A stretch of DNA of 44,603 bases from Pseudomonadota bacterium (GCA_039816075.1 JBCBYE010000001.1:1-44603), one strand, 5' to 3'. Counted from the first letter of the stretch, positions 1-10,999 are shown. Numbers and translations are program-made. The notes: generated by a model from the sequence alone, not told the origin.

Positions 1-203
1 CCGCTCAGCCCGTAGGCCCAGGAAAGCCAGGCGTTGCGCTCGACGATGCCGGGGTCGGAGAGGACCGCCAGGAACGGCATCACCGACGCGACGCCGAGCA
101 TGTTCGCCAGGCCCATGACGACCAGAAGCACCATCAGCAGCCAGAAGCGGCGGCGCTCTCGGGCGTCCAGAAGGTCCATCAGCTTGCGGTAGGCATCAAG
201 CAT
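1..203 (-). CDS. ABC transporter (PglK/WlaB-like), 5' part only; paralog of 41923..43719, runs off the window
   Basis: ATG at 203 reads MLDAYRKLMDLLDARERRRFWLLMVLLVVMGLANMLGVASVMPFLAVLSDPG; aligns to 43517..43719 with 10 substitutions in 203 nt. Confidence 0.85.
   Translation of the reverse strand, partial: MLDAYRKLMDLLDARERRRFWLLMVLLVVMGLANMLGVASVMPFLAVLSDPGIVERNAWLSWAYGLS
1..203. repeat. Direct repeat A, copy 1 (copy 2 at 43517..43719)
   Basis: 1..105 identical to 43517..43621; mismatches at 106,117,119,120,126,129,159,171,195,198. Confidence 0.95.
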
Positions 204-300
204 CCGAGGTTTTCCTGAGGATCGCTGCGCTCCTGGTCGCGGCGCAGGGAGGATCGGCGGCAGAGTGCGGCGGTGGGGTGAACAAAACCTTTCCCCTCCC

Positions 301-504
301 TCAGTCGCTGCCGTAGCCATAGCCGTAGTAGCGCCTGGGCATGAAGGCGCTCTTGTTCAGGACCACGCCGAGATCCGAGGTCAGGGAGGTCAGCTGGCGG
401 GCGCAGAGGTCGATTTCGGCGAGGGGGGTCTCGCCGGCGGCGGCGACCAGGAGGCCGCCGTCCACATGCTCCAGAAACGCCGAGGCGTCGTCGGAGGCCA
501 GCAG
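301..504. repeat. Direct repeat B, copy 1 (copy 2 at 44400..44603)
   Basis: 204 nt with a single synonymous mismatch (379 vs 44478). Confidence 0.95.
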
Positions 505-1086
505 GGGCGGCAGGTCGTAGATCACCAGATCGGGGGCCAGGGCATGCTCCAGCGCGACGAGGGCCTCGAGCGAGCCCTCGTCCTGCAAAAGCTCCGTCGA
601 GTGGCGCAGGGGGCCGGCGGCGAGGCCCGCGGCGAGGTTGGGGGCGAGGCGGGCGAAGCTGCGCTCCACCGGCTCCTCGCCCAACAGGTAGCGCGACACG
701 CAGACCGGCGGGCGCAGGCCCAGCAGGGAGGCCAGGCGCGGGCGGCGCAGGTCGAAATCCAAGATCAGCACGCGCAGGCGCCGCTGCCGCGCCACCGAAA
801 ACGCCAGATTCAGCGAGGTCAGCGTCTTGCCGCAGCCCGGCGCCGGCGAGGTCAGCGCCAGGCGGCGCCAGCCCTCGGACCGGAAGCGCTGCAGGATGCG
901 CGTGCGCAGCATGTCGTAGGCCATGTGCGCGGGATCGTTCTTTTCCAGCGTCACGATGCGGTTGCGGCGCAGGCGGGCGGGCTTGAGCGGCGCCTCGGGC
1001 AGGACGCCCCAGAGCGCCTCGGTCGCCTCGGTGCGGCGCGGGGGCGGGCGCAGCGGGGCCTGGGGCGGGGGCGTGTCCATATTCAT
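301..1086 (-). CDS. CpsD/CapB-family bacterial tyrosine kinase (cytoplasmic half of a split Wzc)
   Basis: Walker A SPAPGCGKT, A' ILDFDLRRP, Walker B VIYDLPP, GVVLNK, C-terminal tyrosine cluster YYGYGYG. Confidence 0.92.
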   Translation of the reverse strand: MNMDTPPPQAPLRPPPRRTEATEALWGVLPEAPLKPARLRRNRIVTLEKNDPAHMAYDMLRTRILQRFRSEGWRRLALTSPAPGCGKTLTSLNLAFSVARQRRLRVLILDFDLRRPRLASLLGLRPPVCVSRYLLGEEPVERSFARLAPNLAAGLAAGPLRHSTELLQDEGSLEALVALEHALAPDLVIYDLPPLLASDDASAFLEHVDGGLLVAAAGETPLAEIDLCARQLTSLTSDLGVVLNKSAFMPRRYYGYGYGSD

Positions 1087-1099
1087 CGCGCTCCCTCCC

Positions 1100-2761
1100 T
1101 CAGCCGCCGAACCGGCGCTGGATCATCTCGATCAGGCCCGGCAGAGGGGTGCGGTCGATCACCTTCTCCATCACCGTTTCGAGCGGCAGGTAATAGGCGT
1201 GCACCGCCCAGAGCGCGGCGGCGCCGCCGCCCACGATGACGGTCAGGCCCAGCAGGCGCAGGGCCCAGGTCCAGCGCCGCTCGCCCGCCGTGGCGATGTA
1301 GGGGATCACGGCGGCGGGTTCGCGCCCGATGCGGGCCAGATCCTCGGGGCGGCGCACCACGCCGCTGAGCATCTCCAGCAGGACCAGCAGGCCGAAGCCG
1401 CCCGCCAGGCCCCCCGCGGCGCCGGCGGCGGCGTAGAGGCGGCGGTTGGGGGCGATGGGCTGTTCGGGCACCGTGGCCTGCTCGATCACCTCGAAGCGCT
1501 CGCCCTGCTGGCGGTCTTCGAGCTGCTCGCCCGCCTCGGCCTGGGCGAGGTTGACGCGGGCGCGCTCGTAGCGGCCCTCGAGGGTCTCGTAGGTGCGTTC
1601 CAGGGCGCCCAGCTCGATCTCCACGTTGGGGGTCTGCAGCAGGGCGGTTTCGAGGGCGTCGCGCTGGATCTCGAGCTCGGCGACGAGGTCGTCGAGATAG
1701 CGGCCGCGGGCCTCGGCCAGGGCGGCCTGGCGGCGCAGCTCGCGGATCGCGGGATCGACGGTCGGGGCGCCGGGGACGCCCGCGGCGAGGGCCTCGGCGG
1801 CCTCGGCGGCCTCCTGCTCGGCCAGGGGTTCGAGGGCGCCGATGCGGGCCTGCAGGCTGCGGATCTCGGGATGCGAGGGCGACAGGATCGCGCTGCGCTG
1901 GCGCAGGGTGCGGCGCAGCTCCTCCAGCTCCTGCTCCAGATCGGTGAGGACGGGGCCGAGGACGCCGGCATCGCCGCCGCCGCCGTCGAGCGCCAGGACC
2001 AGGGCCTGGCTCTGCTGTTCGAGCTCGATGCGCTCGAGCTCGAAGCGCTGCAGGCGCTCGGCGATGAGATCCAGCTGGCTGCGGCGGTAATCCAGGCTTT
2101 CGGGCAGGGCGCTTTCGTTCTCCTGCTTGAAGGCGACGATGCGCGCCTCCTGGCGGGCGAGCTCGGCGGCGAGCTCGTCCGTCTCGCGGCGGAAATAGTC
2201 GGCGGTGGCGCCGGCGGATTGGCGGCGCAGCTCCGCCGACTGGCGCAGGACGCGGGTCACCAGCTCGTTGGCGACGGCGGCGGTCTTGCGCGCCTCGCCG
2301 CCGCGCACGGCGATGGTGAAGGAGGTGGCCACGGTGCCGCCGCGGCGGGCGTCGCCGAGGATGCGCTGTTCGAAGTAGATGGCGCCGCGCAGCGCCGCGA
2401 CGCGCTGCGTGGGCGACATCTGGGCGTCGGCGGGCAGCATGCCGAAGCGCTCGTCGATCTCCAGCAGCGTCTCGCGCGTGCGCAGGCGCTGCTTGATGAC
2501 CTCGATCTGCTCGAGCGCCGTGGCGCTGACGGTGGAGCGCACCAGGTCGGTGGGGATGCGCTGGCTTTCCACCAGCATCACCGCGCGCGCCTCGTAGGTG
2601 GGGGGCAGCACGATGGCGATGCCCAGACCCGCGCCGCCGAGGATCCCCGCCACGAGGGCGAAGACCCAGAAGCGCCGGCGAAAGACCCACCACCAGTAAC
2701 GCAGATCGAGCGACATGCCGCCGCCCGTCCCGCGCTCCGCCGGAAGATCTTCGAAGGCCAT
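1100..2761 (-). CDS. Polysaccharide chain-length determinant / co-polymerase (Wzz/GumC family)
   Basis: N-terminal DLRYWW..RR plus TM and LPPTYEARA; long coiled coil with HPEIRSL; FEVIEQATVPEQPIAPNR then a second TM; adjacent to the tyrosine kinase. Alternative start 2716 (MSLDLRY). Confidence 0.9.
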   Translation of the reverse strand: MAFEDLPAERGTGGGMSLDLRYWWWVFRRRFWVFALVAGILGGAGLGIAIVLPPTYEARAVMLVESQRIPTDLVRSTVSATALEQIEVIKQRLRTRETLLEIDERFGMLPADAQMSPTQRVAALRGAIYFEQRILGDARRGGTVATSFTIAVRGGEARKTAAVANELVTRVLRQSAELRRQSAGATADYFRRETDELAAELARQEARIVAFKQENESALPESLDYRRSQLDLIAERLQRFELERIELEQQSQALVLALDGGGGDAGVLGPVLTDLEQELEELRRTLRQRSAILSPSHPEIRSLQARIGALEPLAEQEAAEAAEALAAGVPGAPTVDPAIRELRRQAALAEARGRYLDDLVAELEIQRDALETALLQTPNVEIELGALERTYETLEGRYERARVNLAQAEAGEQLEDRQQGERFEVIEQATVPEQPIAPNRRLYAAAGAAGGLAGGFGLLVLLEMLSGVVRRPEDLARIGREPAAVIPYIATAGERRWTWALRLLGLTVIVGGGAAALWAVHAYYLPLETVMEKVIDRTPLPGLIEMIQRRFGG

Positions 2762-2857
2762 GGGCCGCGTCTCTCCATCTTTCGGGTCCGCCCGCGCCGG
2801 CTTCGCGGGCGGCGGGGCGCGTCGTCATAGCATCTTCGGGCGCGGGGCGCCCTGCGG

Positions 2858-5464
2858 TCAGCCGTCTTGGGCGGCGGGGGCCGCTTCGGCGGCGGCGTCG
2901 GCGTCGAGCCGGGCCTGCATGCGCGCCAGGGTCTCCTCGGCTTCGGCGCGGGCGGGCAGGAGCGCGCCGGCCTCGGCCAGCTCCAGCGCCCGGGCCAGCC
3001 GCTCGCGCGCCGGGGCCGCCTGGCCGATGGCGGCGTAGGCCATCCCCAGATGGAACTGCGCGATCGCGTTGTTCGGCAGCCGCGGCGCCGACTCGCGCAG
3101 CACCGCCACGGCCTGCGAGGTCTCCCCCGTCAGATAGAGCGTCCAGCCGTAGGTGTCCTGGAACGCCGCGATCGGCGAGCCGCGCAGGCGCCGCGCCACC
3201 TGGGCGGCGCGCGCCAGGCTTTCGGCGTCGTCGCGGTGGTCCGACAGCATCGCCGCCAGGTTGTTGGCCACCACGATGTTGTCGGGATCCTCGTCGTAGA
3301 GCCGCTCGTAAAGGGCGATGGCCCGCTCCGCCTCGCCCAGCGTCTCCAGCCGCAGGGCCTTGTCGAAGCGCAGGCCGGGATCCTCGGGCGCGGCCTCCAG
3401 CCCCGCCTCCAGCACCGCCGCGGCGTCCTCGAAGCGCCCCTGCGAGCTCAGCAGCTCCGACAGGAGGCGGCTGAGCTGCGAGGCCTCCGGCCGCCGCGCG
3501 AGCCCGTCGCGCAGGGTCGCCTCGGCCCCGGCCACGTCGCCGCCGCCGGCCTGCAGCTGCGCCAGCAGGCCCAGGGCCGCCAGGTTGCCCGCATCCTCCG
3601 CCAGCGCCGCGTCGAGCGCCGCGCGCGCCTCCTCGCCGCGGCCCGAGGCGGCCATGGCGCGCACCATCGCCTCCAGATCCGCCGGGGTGCCGCGGTCGCG
3701 CCAGTTGGCGCGCAGCATCTCCAGCGTCTCCTCCACCCGCCCTTCGCCGAAAAGCGCGGCGGCGCGCAGCAGATCCGAGGAGAACGCCTGGGGCAGGGCC
3801 GCGGCCGGGCCCTCGGCGTCCAGCCGCTCGATGGCCCGGGTCACCTCCAGCACGCCGTCCCAGTCCTGCCGGCGCAGGCGCAGCTCGGCCAGGGCCGTCA
3901 GCAGGGCGCGGTCCTCGGCGCCGGCGCGCAGGGCGTCGATCAGCACCGCCTCGGCGCTGTCGAGCCGGCCCATGCGCGCCAGCTGCTCGGCATAGCGCAG
4001 CGAGGGGCCGGGCGCGGCGCCGGTGGCCTGCACCGCGACGGCGCGCTGCTCGGCTGCCAGGGCGTCGTCGCCCTCGCGTTCGTGCGCGCGGGCCAGCAGC
4101 TCCAGCAGGGCCGGGCGGCGCGGCGCGGCGTCGAGCGCGGCGCGCAGGTCCAGGATCGCGTCCGAGGGACGGTCCTCCATCAGCGCCAGCTCCGCGCGCA
4201 GGGCCAGCGCCTCCACGTTGCCGCCGTCGCGCTCCAGCACCTCTTCGATCAGGGCGGCGCGGCGCGCGGGCGTGCCGGGGTCCTGCGGGTCGAGCGCGCG
4301 GGCCAGCATCAGGCGCGCGGCGTCGCCCGCCTCGCCGCCTTCGTCGGTCTCGGCCATGGCCTCCAGCCGCGCCAGCGCCGCCTCGCGCTCGCCCAGGGCC
4401 AGCTCCACCCGCGCCAGGGCGCGGCCGTAGAGGCCGGCCTCGGCGGCGCCCTCGGCCTCGCTTTCGGCCCCGGCGATCAGCGCCTCCAGCTCCTCGCGCG
4501 CGGCCTGCACGCTGCGGGCCTGGGCCAGGAAATCCACCACCCGCAGGCGGGCGTTCGGCGCGCCCGAGGCGTCGGCCAGGGCGCGCAGCTCCGCCTCCGC
4601 CGCGTCGAGATCGGGCGGGTCGGCCTGCATGTGCCAGCGCACCAGCGCCAGGCGCAGGCCTTCGTCGGCGGGCAGCGCCTCGGCCAGGCGCAGCAGCGCC
4701 GCGCCGACGCCCTGCCGGTCGCCCATGCGTTCGAGGATCTGGATGCGCACGAGCTCGAAGCCCATGTCGGAACCCGTATCGGGGCCCGCGCCGGGACCCG
4801 CGCCGGAACCCGTATCGGGGGCGGCGTCGAGCAGGGCCAGCGCCGCCTCGGGCTCGCCGGCGCGCAGACGCTCGGCCACGGCCACCAGGCGCGCCAGGGG
4901 CTGCGCGGGATCCAGCTCCAGCGCCCGGGCGGCGCGGGCGCGGGCGGCGTCCACGTCGCCCTGCAGCAGCACCGCGCCGGCGAAGAGGGCCAGGGCGCGC
5001 GGATCGTCGCCGTCGCGCGCCAGCGCCGCCTCGGCGTGGCGCAGCACGCCTTCGGGCTCGCGCAGTTCCAGAAACGCTTCGGCCAGATCGAGCTGCGCCT
5101 CGACGTTCTCCGGCTCCGCCTCCGCCACGCGCAGCAGATGCGGCACGGCGGCGCCGTGGCGGCCTTCGCGCATGTGCAGGCGGCCGAGCGCGGCATGGGC
5201 GGGCAGGAAGCCGTCGTCGATGCGCACGGCGTTGGTGAATTCCAGGAAGGCCTTCTGCGCCTCGCCCTGCTCCATCAGCGCCAGGCCGCTGTCGAGATGG
5301 CTCTGCTTGCGCTCCTCGGCGCTGTCGCAGGCGGCCAGCAGCAGCGCGGCGCCCAGCACGGCGGCGCCGGCGGCCCGGCGCATCGGCGAGCGCGGCGCGG
5401 CGCGGCGCGAGGTCTGGAAGGCGGCGCGCGGGCCTGGCGCGCGGTCGATCGTCGGACGGACCAT
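2858..5464 (-). CDS. Large TPR-repeat lipoprotein (PrsT-like, exosortase/EPS-associated)
   Basis: GAGGA RBS before ATG 5464; lipobox LLLAAC; many TPR-like helical repeats; ANNLA..L and DTYGW motifs near the C-terminus. Confidence 0.85.
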   Translation of the reverse strand: MVRPTIDRAPGPRAAFQTSRRAAPRSPMRRAAGAAVLGAALLLAACDSAEERKQSHLDSGLALMEQGEAQKAFLEFTNAVRIDDGFLPAHAALGRLHMREGRHGAAVPHLLRVAEAEPENVEAQLDLAEAFLELREPEGVLRHAEAALARDGDDPRALALFAGAVLLQGDVDAARARAARALELDPAQPLARLVAVAERLRAGEPEAALALLDAAPDTGSGAGPGAGPDTGSDMGFELVRIQILERMGDRQGVGAALLRLAEALPADEGLRLALVRWHMQADPPDLDAAEAELRALADASGAPNARLRVVDFLAQARSVQAAREELEALIAGAESEAEGAAEAGLYGRALARVELALGEREAALARLEAMAETDEGGEAGDAARLMLARALDPQDPGTPARRAALIEEVLERDGGNVEALALRAELALMEDRPSDAILDLRAALDAAPRRPALLELLARAHEREGDDALAAEQRAVAVQATGAAPGPSLRYAEQLARMGRLDSAEAVLIDALRAGAEDRALLTALAELRLRRQDWDGVLEVTRAIERLDAEGPAAALPQAFSSDLLRAAALFGEGRVEETLEMLRANWRDRGTPADLEAMVRAMAASGRGEEARAALDAALAEDAGNLAALGLLAQLQAGGGDVAGAEATLRDGLARRPEASQLSRLLSELLSSQGRFEDAAAVLEAGLEAAPEDPGLRFDKALRLETLGEAERAIALYERLYDEDPDNIVVANNLAAMLSDHRDDAESLARAAQVARRLRGSPIAAFQDTYGWTLYLTGETSQAVAVLRESAPRLPNNAIAQFHLGMAYAAIGQAAPARERLARALELAEAGALLPARAEAEETLARMQARLDADAAAEAAPAAQDG

Positions 5465-5631
5465 CAATGAGTCCTCTTTCCCCAGCGGACATCCCAAAGC
5501 GTCCGACGTCGTAGCGCCGGCGGATTTATTATGCATAAACACCCATCACGCGTCCGCTTCCGGCGCGTCGCGTCGTCCCTTGCGGGTCCCCTGTATCAAT
5601 ACGGGGCTTCGGGGGGTGGGAGTCAAGCGCG

Positions 5632-5769
5632 TTCATTTTGATTTCAGGTTTCTTGACGAGGCGCGGCGGGGGCGCGGCAGGGGCGTGGCCCCGGCGCCGC
5701 CGCGGCGATCGAAGAGGGGCGGCCGAGGCCTCGCCATGGTTAAATTTCATTGAATGAACCTTCTATTCA
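5632..5769. promoter_or_regulatory. Cluster of CtrA-like boxes in the divergent TPR / RTX promoter region
   Basis: TTCA-N7-TTCA 5632..5646; TTAA-N7-TGAA 5740..5754 (includes TTAACCAT on the minus strand, 5736..5743); TGAA-N7-TTCA 5755..5769. Confidence 0.5.
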
Positions 5770-6043
5770 TGAGACTGACGGACCCTGCGGGCAAGGGAAT
5801 CGCGAAGGAGAGGCGAGGGTGTCCAGACGGGTCGGAACGCGGTCGGCGTTCGCAACGGCCGCGTCGGAGGGGACGGCGGAGCGGGTCGATCGCTTGGATC
5901 GCCCCGGGATCGGATCCGCATCCCCCGGTCGTTTTGCAGGGATCGGCCGTCTGCGCCGATCGGCGGCCGCAGCCCTGGCGTTCTTAGGCGCGGTTCTGGC
6001 GTTTCCGCCCGCAGGCGTATCCGAGAATGAAGGCGTATCTTTC

Positions 6044-8866
6044 ATGACCTCCGCAGAGCTGCTCGCAGCCGCCGACCGCGCCGACGGTCTGGCCGACCCC
6101 TCCGTCGCGATCAATCTATCCGGCTTGGCGGATTGGTCGACGCAAATGCCTTTCATCGACGTCGCCAAGATGATGCGCCCGTTCTTTGGCCACCAACCAG
6201 GTCAGTGGGGCGGCATGTCACATGACGAACTCGTCAGCGGCGGCTGGATGGACGAAAACGGCTGGCCCACGGCAATCCCCGAAGGCGTGGAAAAGATCGG
6301 TACGATCTGGGCTTGGGGCAATGGTTCTCATGGAGCTTCGCAGGGTCGAGAAGGCGTTTACGTCCTGAATTATGAGGGCGAAGGCGAGATTGAACTTTCG
6401 TTGAACGCACGAGTTATAAGCGAAGAGCCTGGGAAAATTATATTTGAGAATAATAATGGTGGCGAAATGGCCATGAATATAGTTAAAACTGATCCAAATA
6501 ACAATGGAGACTACATCAGAAATATTTCAGTTATTCATGAAGACCACATTGATTTATACGACGCAGGTGCGGTCTTCAATCCCGAATGGACTGAGAAGAT
6601 AGAAGATTTTAGGCAGATCCGATTTATGGATTGGATGCAGACCAATGGTTCCGATCAATCGGAGTGGCAGGATAGACCAAAAATTGATGATGCAACATGG
6701 AGCGCCAAAGGCATTCCAGTTGAAATAATGGTACAGCTCTCGAATGAAATTGGCGTAGATCCATGGTTCAACATACCCCATAATGCAACTCACGAATATA
6801 TTCGTGAGTTTGCTGAATACGTATACGACAATCTAGACAGCAATCTTAGAGTCAGCGTCGAATTTTCAAATGAAGTCTGGCACTGGGCATTCCAGCAAGC
6901 CCATGATGTTGACGCAAAAAGATTGGAAGACTGGGGTGGAGGCTGGCCCCAAGAATATTACGTAAAACTTGCAACCGAGATGGCGCTAATATTTGATGAT
7001 GTATTTGGTAGTGATTCCAATCAGAGATTGGAAAAAGTCCTAGCGGGCCATACGCCAAATAGTTGGGCAACTGGAATAATGATGGATAGTACTGCCTGGT
7101 TCAATTATGAACCAGAAAACGCAATCAAACCATCTGAAGTTTTTGACTCATTTGCAATAACTACATATTTTGGAAGCAAAGTTGTTACAGATGATGTTGA
7201 GCGCGAAAACCTGATTTCTGCAATCGAGGATCCAGATGTCAATGAGTTTGAATACCTTTACAATAGATTGATAGATTCAGAATTTGATTCATCTATTCCG
7301 GCTACTTTTGAACAGATACGAGCTCAGAAAGAGATTTTGGAAGAAAATGGTCTTAATCTTATAGCTTACGAAGGCGGCCAACACGTCCACCATAACTTTT
7401 CTACGGATGGAAAAGGAGAGAAACTCAGCGATTTCATGCATGACTTTGTCAATAGCTCTTGGATGGCTGATCTTTATACCGAGTCGATTTCTAAGTGGAA
7501 CGAAATTGGTGATGGCCCCTACATGCAGTTTGGTGATGTGGGGACTTCAAGCGTCTGGGGATCTTGGGCGCTTTGGGAACACCTCTACGATGAGGCGACG
7601 CCGAGAACCGATGCGGTGCTTCAGGCAAACGCCGCACCCGCCGCTTGGGAGACTCGCGGGGGAGATCACTTTCAGCAGGGCAAGACGGAACTCGGCGATG
7701 AACAGAGCAATGTGCTTGTCGGTACGTCGCAGGAGGACTGGCTGCTGGGTGACGACGGCGACGATCTGCTCGTCGGAGGCGCCGGCAATGATGGCCTTCA
7801 TGGCGGGAGAGGACATGATGTAGCTTTGGTGTCCGGACGGCGAGAGGATTACTCGATCGAAGTCGAAGACGGCGGCATTCGACTTTCAGGCCCAGATGGG
7901 TCAGACCGTTTGGTGCACGTCGAAATCCTGCGGTTCGAAGCCGGCGGCGAGATCGACCTGAAAGCAATGCATCCGGAACTTTTCGCAGAGCGCGAACCTC
8001 TGCCGGCGCCATCGACCTCTGAAACTTCAGGGGATCAAGCACCTGCGCCGGGTCCGGCGCCTTCTCCAAAAATTGAGTCGCGTGAGACCGCTTTAGTCGA
8101 TGGCGCCCAAGAATTTACAGTATATGATCCTGAATCATACGGCATGATAATTGAATCTGGATACCGCTGGTCAAGCATAGGTGTTGAATTAGGAGTCTCC
8201 TTGGAGCGCCCAGTATACTTCGTTTACCAGCAAGGTATTTCAGCTGATTTCAATGGTGAGGTTGTCGGCGTTTCGTATTGGTCTCTGAATGAGAACGTAG
8301 CGTTTCAGGATGGTCCGAAAATTTCTGGAAGCGCCCTGGAAACGGCGCTGGCATTCGGCGACGTGCTTATGGATGTGGGTCTGGTGTTCGGAACTCCGCA
8401 GGACGACCTGTTCCGGGGCGGAGAGTCGGACGATCGCTTTTCGGGCGCAGACGGGAACGATCGGCTTCTAGGAGCTCAAGGAGCCGACCTGCTCGACGGC
8501 GCCGGCGGGAACGACGTCCTCGAAGGCGGCGAGGGCGACGATCGGCTCGACGGCGGCGAGGGGGACGACATCCTCGACGGGGGCGCGGGGTTCGACACCG
8601 CGCTCTTTTCGGGGAGCGCCTCGCACTACGCCTTCGCCGCCGGCGCCGACGGCATCCGCATCAGCGGGCCGGACGGCGATGATCTGCTGATCGACGTGGA
8701 GCGGATGGAGTTCGCGGACGGCTCCTGGATCGAGGCCTCGATCAACGCCCCGGCGGCGCCCACGCAGGCGGCGGCGCGCTCAGCGGCGGGCGCGACGCCG
8801 CCGTCACCTCGGACGTGCCGGCGCTCTCCTTCGCCTTCGGCGGCTGGGGCGCGGCCACGCCGGTGA
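6044..8866 (+). CDS. Secreted RTX (hemolysin-type Ca-binding) protein, N-terminal part with a glycoside-hydrolase-like / 'cellulose-binding' domain; frameshifted near 8745-8810
   Basis: Motifs [31 protein letters not shown]; GGxGxDxL nonapeptide repeats near 7690-7820 and 8400-8600; last ~35 codons look out of frame; start uncertain (ATG 6044 chosen). Confidence 0.75.
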   Translation: MTSAELLAAADRADGLADPSVAINLSGLADWSTQMPFIDVAKMMRPFFGHQPGQWGGMSHDELVSGGWMDENGWPTAIPEGVEKIGTIWAWGNGSHGASQGREGVYVLNYEGEGEIELSLNARVISEEPGKIIFENNNGGEMAMNIVKTDPNNNGDYIRNISVIHEDHIDLYDAGAVFNPEWTEKIEDFRQIRFMDWMQTNGSDQSEWQDRPKIDDATWSAKGIPVEIMVQLSNEIGVDPWFNIPHNATHEYIREFAEYVYDNLDSNLRVSVEFSNEVWHWAFQQAHDVDAKRLEDWGGGWPQEYYVKLATEMALIFDDVFGSDSNQRLEKVLAGHTPNSWATGIMMDSTAWFNYEPENAIKPSEVFDSFAITTYFGSKVVTDDVERENLISAIEDPDVNEFEYLYNRLIDSEFDSSIPATFEQIRAQKEILEENGLNLIAYEGGQHVHHNFSTDGKGEKLSDFMHDFVNSSWMADLYTESISKWNEIGDGPYMQFGDVGTSSVWGSWALWEHLYDEATPRTDAVLQANAAPAAWETRGGDHFQQGKTELGDEQSNVLVGTSQEDWLLGDDGDDLLVGGAGNDGLHGGRGHDVALVSGRREDYSIEVEDGGIRLSGPDGSDRLVHVEILRFEAGGEIDLKAMHPELFAEREPLPAPSTSETSGDQAPAPGPAPSPKIESRETALVDGAQEFTVYDPESYGMIIESGYRWSSIGVELGVSLERPVYFVYQQGISADFNGEVVGVSYWSLNENVAFQDGPKISGSALETALAFGDVLMDVGLVFGTPQDDLFRGGESDDRFSGADGNDRLLGAQGADLLDGAGGNDVLEGGEGDDRLDGGEGDDILDGGAGFDTALFSGSASHYAFAAGADGIRISGPDGDDLLIDVERMEFADGSWIEASINAPAAPTQAAARSAAGATPPSPRTCRRSPSPSAAGARPRR

Positions 8867-10914
8867 TCTCGGCCGGCGAGACCGGCATCGACATCTACGT
8901 GACCAGCTATTCGGGCGCGCATCTGATCGGCAACGCCCTCGACAACACGCTCATCGGCGGCGACGGCGACGACACGCTCGAAGGGCGCGCCGGCGACGAC
9001 ACCCTCGAAGGCGGGGCCGGCGCCGACGTCTTCGCGCGCAAGGGCCTCGACGCGGGCGACGACCGCATCCTCGACTTCGCCGCCGGCGAAGACCGGCTGG
9101 CCCTCGACTGGACCGGCGCGCCGGTCCTCGCCGCCGACGGCGACGCCCTGGTGCTGAACGACGCGGCCGGCGAGCTGCGCCTCGAAGGCGCGGCGCAGAC
9201 GTTCGACCTGACCCGCGACGCCCTCTTCGACATGGGCCAGCTGGGCCGCGCCGTGATCGGCGCCGGCGAGGACGGCGTCGACATCGCGCTCGACCGCGCC
9301 TTCGACGATCCCGTCGCCTTCGCCTTCCGCCTGACCGGCGACGGCCCCGAGGCGGCGGCGGTGCAGGTGGAGGCGGCGGGCGACGCGCTCTCGCTCTCGC
9401 TGCTCGACCCGATGCAGGGCGGCTTGGGGGCCGGCGCCTGGGCCGATGCCGGCCACGGCGCGCAGGAGATCGCCTGGGCGGTCTTCGAGGCCGGAACCTG
9501 GGAGCTGGAGAGCGGCGCCCGCGTCAAGATCGGCGAGACCTGGGTCGACCCGAGCCAGGGCGGCCCGCGCGACGGCGCCCCGGCCGCCTTCCACGCCGAC
9601 ATGTTCGACGCGGCGCCCGCCGTGCTGACCCAGCTGCAGGGCGAGACCGGCGCCTGGACCGCCGTGCGCCGCGACGCCGGCGACGCGGACGGCGTCGAGC
9701 TGATCCTGCAGGGGACCGAGGCCGCGCCCCAGGCCCAGGCCGGCAGCGTCGGCTGGTTCGCCATCGAACAGGGCGCCGGCGACTGGGACGGCGTCGCCTA
9801 CGAGGCCGTCGCCGCGCAGGAGGCCGGCGACGACGCCGCGCGCACCGATTTTTCGGCCGGGTTCGACGCGGCGCCGGCGCTGCTCGCCTCGATCTCCACG
9901 ATGGCCGGGCCCAACCCGGCCCTGGCCCATGCGCCGGGCGTGGACGCCGGCGGCGTGCTGCTGGCGGCGGCGGAGGAGCGCAGCCTCGACGCCGAGACCG
10001 AGCATGCCCAAGAGGGCTTCGACCTCTTCGCCTTCGAGGGCGAGGGCATGCTGAGCGCGCGCCACGTGCCCCAGACCCGCCAGGCGGTGGCCGAGGTGGG
10101 CGAGGCGCGCCTGAACCATGACGGGCTCGACATCACGCTCAGCCATGCCTTCGAGAACCCCGTGGCCTTCGCCCTGGCGCCGACCCTGAACGGCGGCCAT
10201 CCCACGACCGTGGAGATCGTGGAGGTCGAGGGCGACGCGCTGCGCCTGCGCCTGCGCGAGCCGGAGGCCTATGACGGCTGGCACGTCATGGAGACGGCGA
10301 CCTGGATGGTGGTCGAGGCGGGAACCTGGCGCCTGGCCGACGGCAGCCTGCTGCAGGCGGGCGTGTCGGACGCGGCGGGCTGGGCCGAGGACGGCTTCGC
10401 GCGCGTGGAGTTCTCGGACGGGTTCGAGGCGACGCCCACGGTGCTGAGCCAGGTGCAGAGCCTGGACCAGGACGTCTGGGCGGTGTCGCGCCAGCGGGGC
10501 GCCGACGCCGACGGGGTCGACGTGGCGCTGCAGCGGCAGGAGGCCGATGCGGGCGGCCCCGCGCCGGACGCGGCGCTGGGCTGGCTGGCGTTCGAGCAGG
10601 GGACCGGCGCGGCGGACGGGCTGGCCTGGGAGGCGACGTCGACCGACGCGCGCTTCGACCACACGGCCGACCGGCTGGACTTCGACCAGGATTTCGACGC
10701 GGCGCCCCTGGTTCTGGCCTCGCTGTCCAGCTTCAACGGCGGCGATCCGGCGGCCCTGCGCCAGGCGGATCTGGACGCCCGGGGCGTGGCCCTGCAGGTG
10801 ATGGAGGAGCGCAGCCTCGACGAGGAAACCGGCCATGTGGCCGAGCAGGTCGACGTGCTGGCCTTCGACGGGGCCGGGCTGCTCTATGCGCAGGCATGGG
10901 ACGCGCTGGCCTGA
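8815..10914 (+). CDS. C-terminal part of the same RTX protein: more RTX repeats, then about six lectin-like (H-type lectin-like) repeats
   Basis: [24 protein letters not shown]; [13 protein letters not shown]; repeated F..aP.VL..lqs and EERSLD.ET.H..E motifs in two triplets; frame is open upstream of 8815 and no clear RBS. Confidence 0.75.
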   Translation: MPALSFAFGGWGAATPVISAGETGIDIYVTSYSGAHLIGNALDNTLIGGDGDDTLEGRAGDDTLEGGAGADVFARKGLDAGDDRILDFAAGEDRLALDWTGAPVLAADGDALVLNDAAGELRLEGAAQTFDLTRDALFDMGQLGRAVIGAGEDGVDIALDRAFDDPVAFAFRLTGDGPEAAAVQVEAAGDALSLSLLDPMQGGLGAGAWADAGHGAQEIAWAVFEAGTWELESGARVKIGETWVDPSQGGPRDGAPAAFHADMFDAAPAVLTQLQGETGAWTAVRRDAGDADGVELILQGTEAAPQAQAGSVGWFAIEQGAGDWDGVAYEAVAAQEAGDDAARTDFSAGFDAAPALLASISTMAGPNPALAHAPGVDAGGVLLAAAEERSLDAETEHAQEGFDLFAFEGEGMLSARHVPQTRQAVAEVGEARLNHDGLDITLSHAFENPVAFALAPTLNGGHPTTVEIVEVEGDALRLRLREPEAYDGWHVMETATWMVVEAGTWRLADGSLLQAGVSDAAGWAEDGFARVEFSDGFEATPTVLSQVQSLDQDVWAVSRQRGADADGVDVALQRQEADAGGPAPDAALGWLAFEQGTGAADGLAWEATSTDARFDHTADRLDFDQDFDAAPLVLASLSSFNGGDPAALRQADLDARGVALQVMEERSLDEETGHVAEQVDVLAFDGAGLLYAQAWDALA

Positions 10915-10999
10915 GGCCGGCGACGTCCATGTCCTCGACGCCGCCGCGGTCGCCGACCATGCCGTCCTGCGCCCCGATCCGGGCCGTGCCGCCCAAGGC

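Noticed and set aside
1-504. Simple terminal overlap of a circular contig
   Set aside because: The copies differ by 11 mostly synonymous substitutions and by presence of the acetyltransferase gene, so they look like true paralogs
923-5492. Long alternative ORFs (1083..5492 -, 923..2830 +, 2867..5470 +) and similar Arg/Gly/Ala-rich ORFs across the window
   Set aside because: Shadow frames of high-GC genes; no motifs, and they overlap well-supported CDSs
5750-6043. N-terminal extension or signal peptide for the RTX protein from TTG 5750
   Set aside because: Start falls inside the regulatory motif cluster and lacks an RBS; RTX proteins normally lack signal peptides; ATG 6044 preferred but not proven
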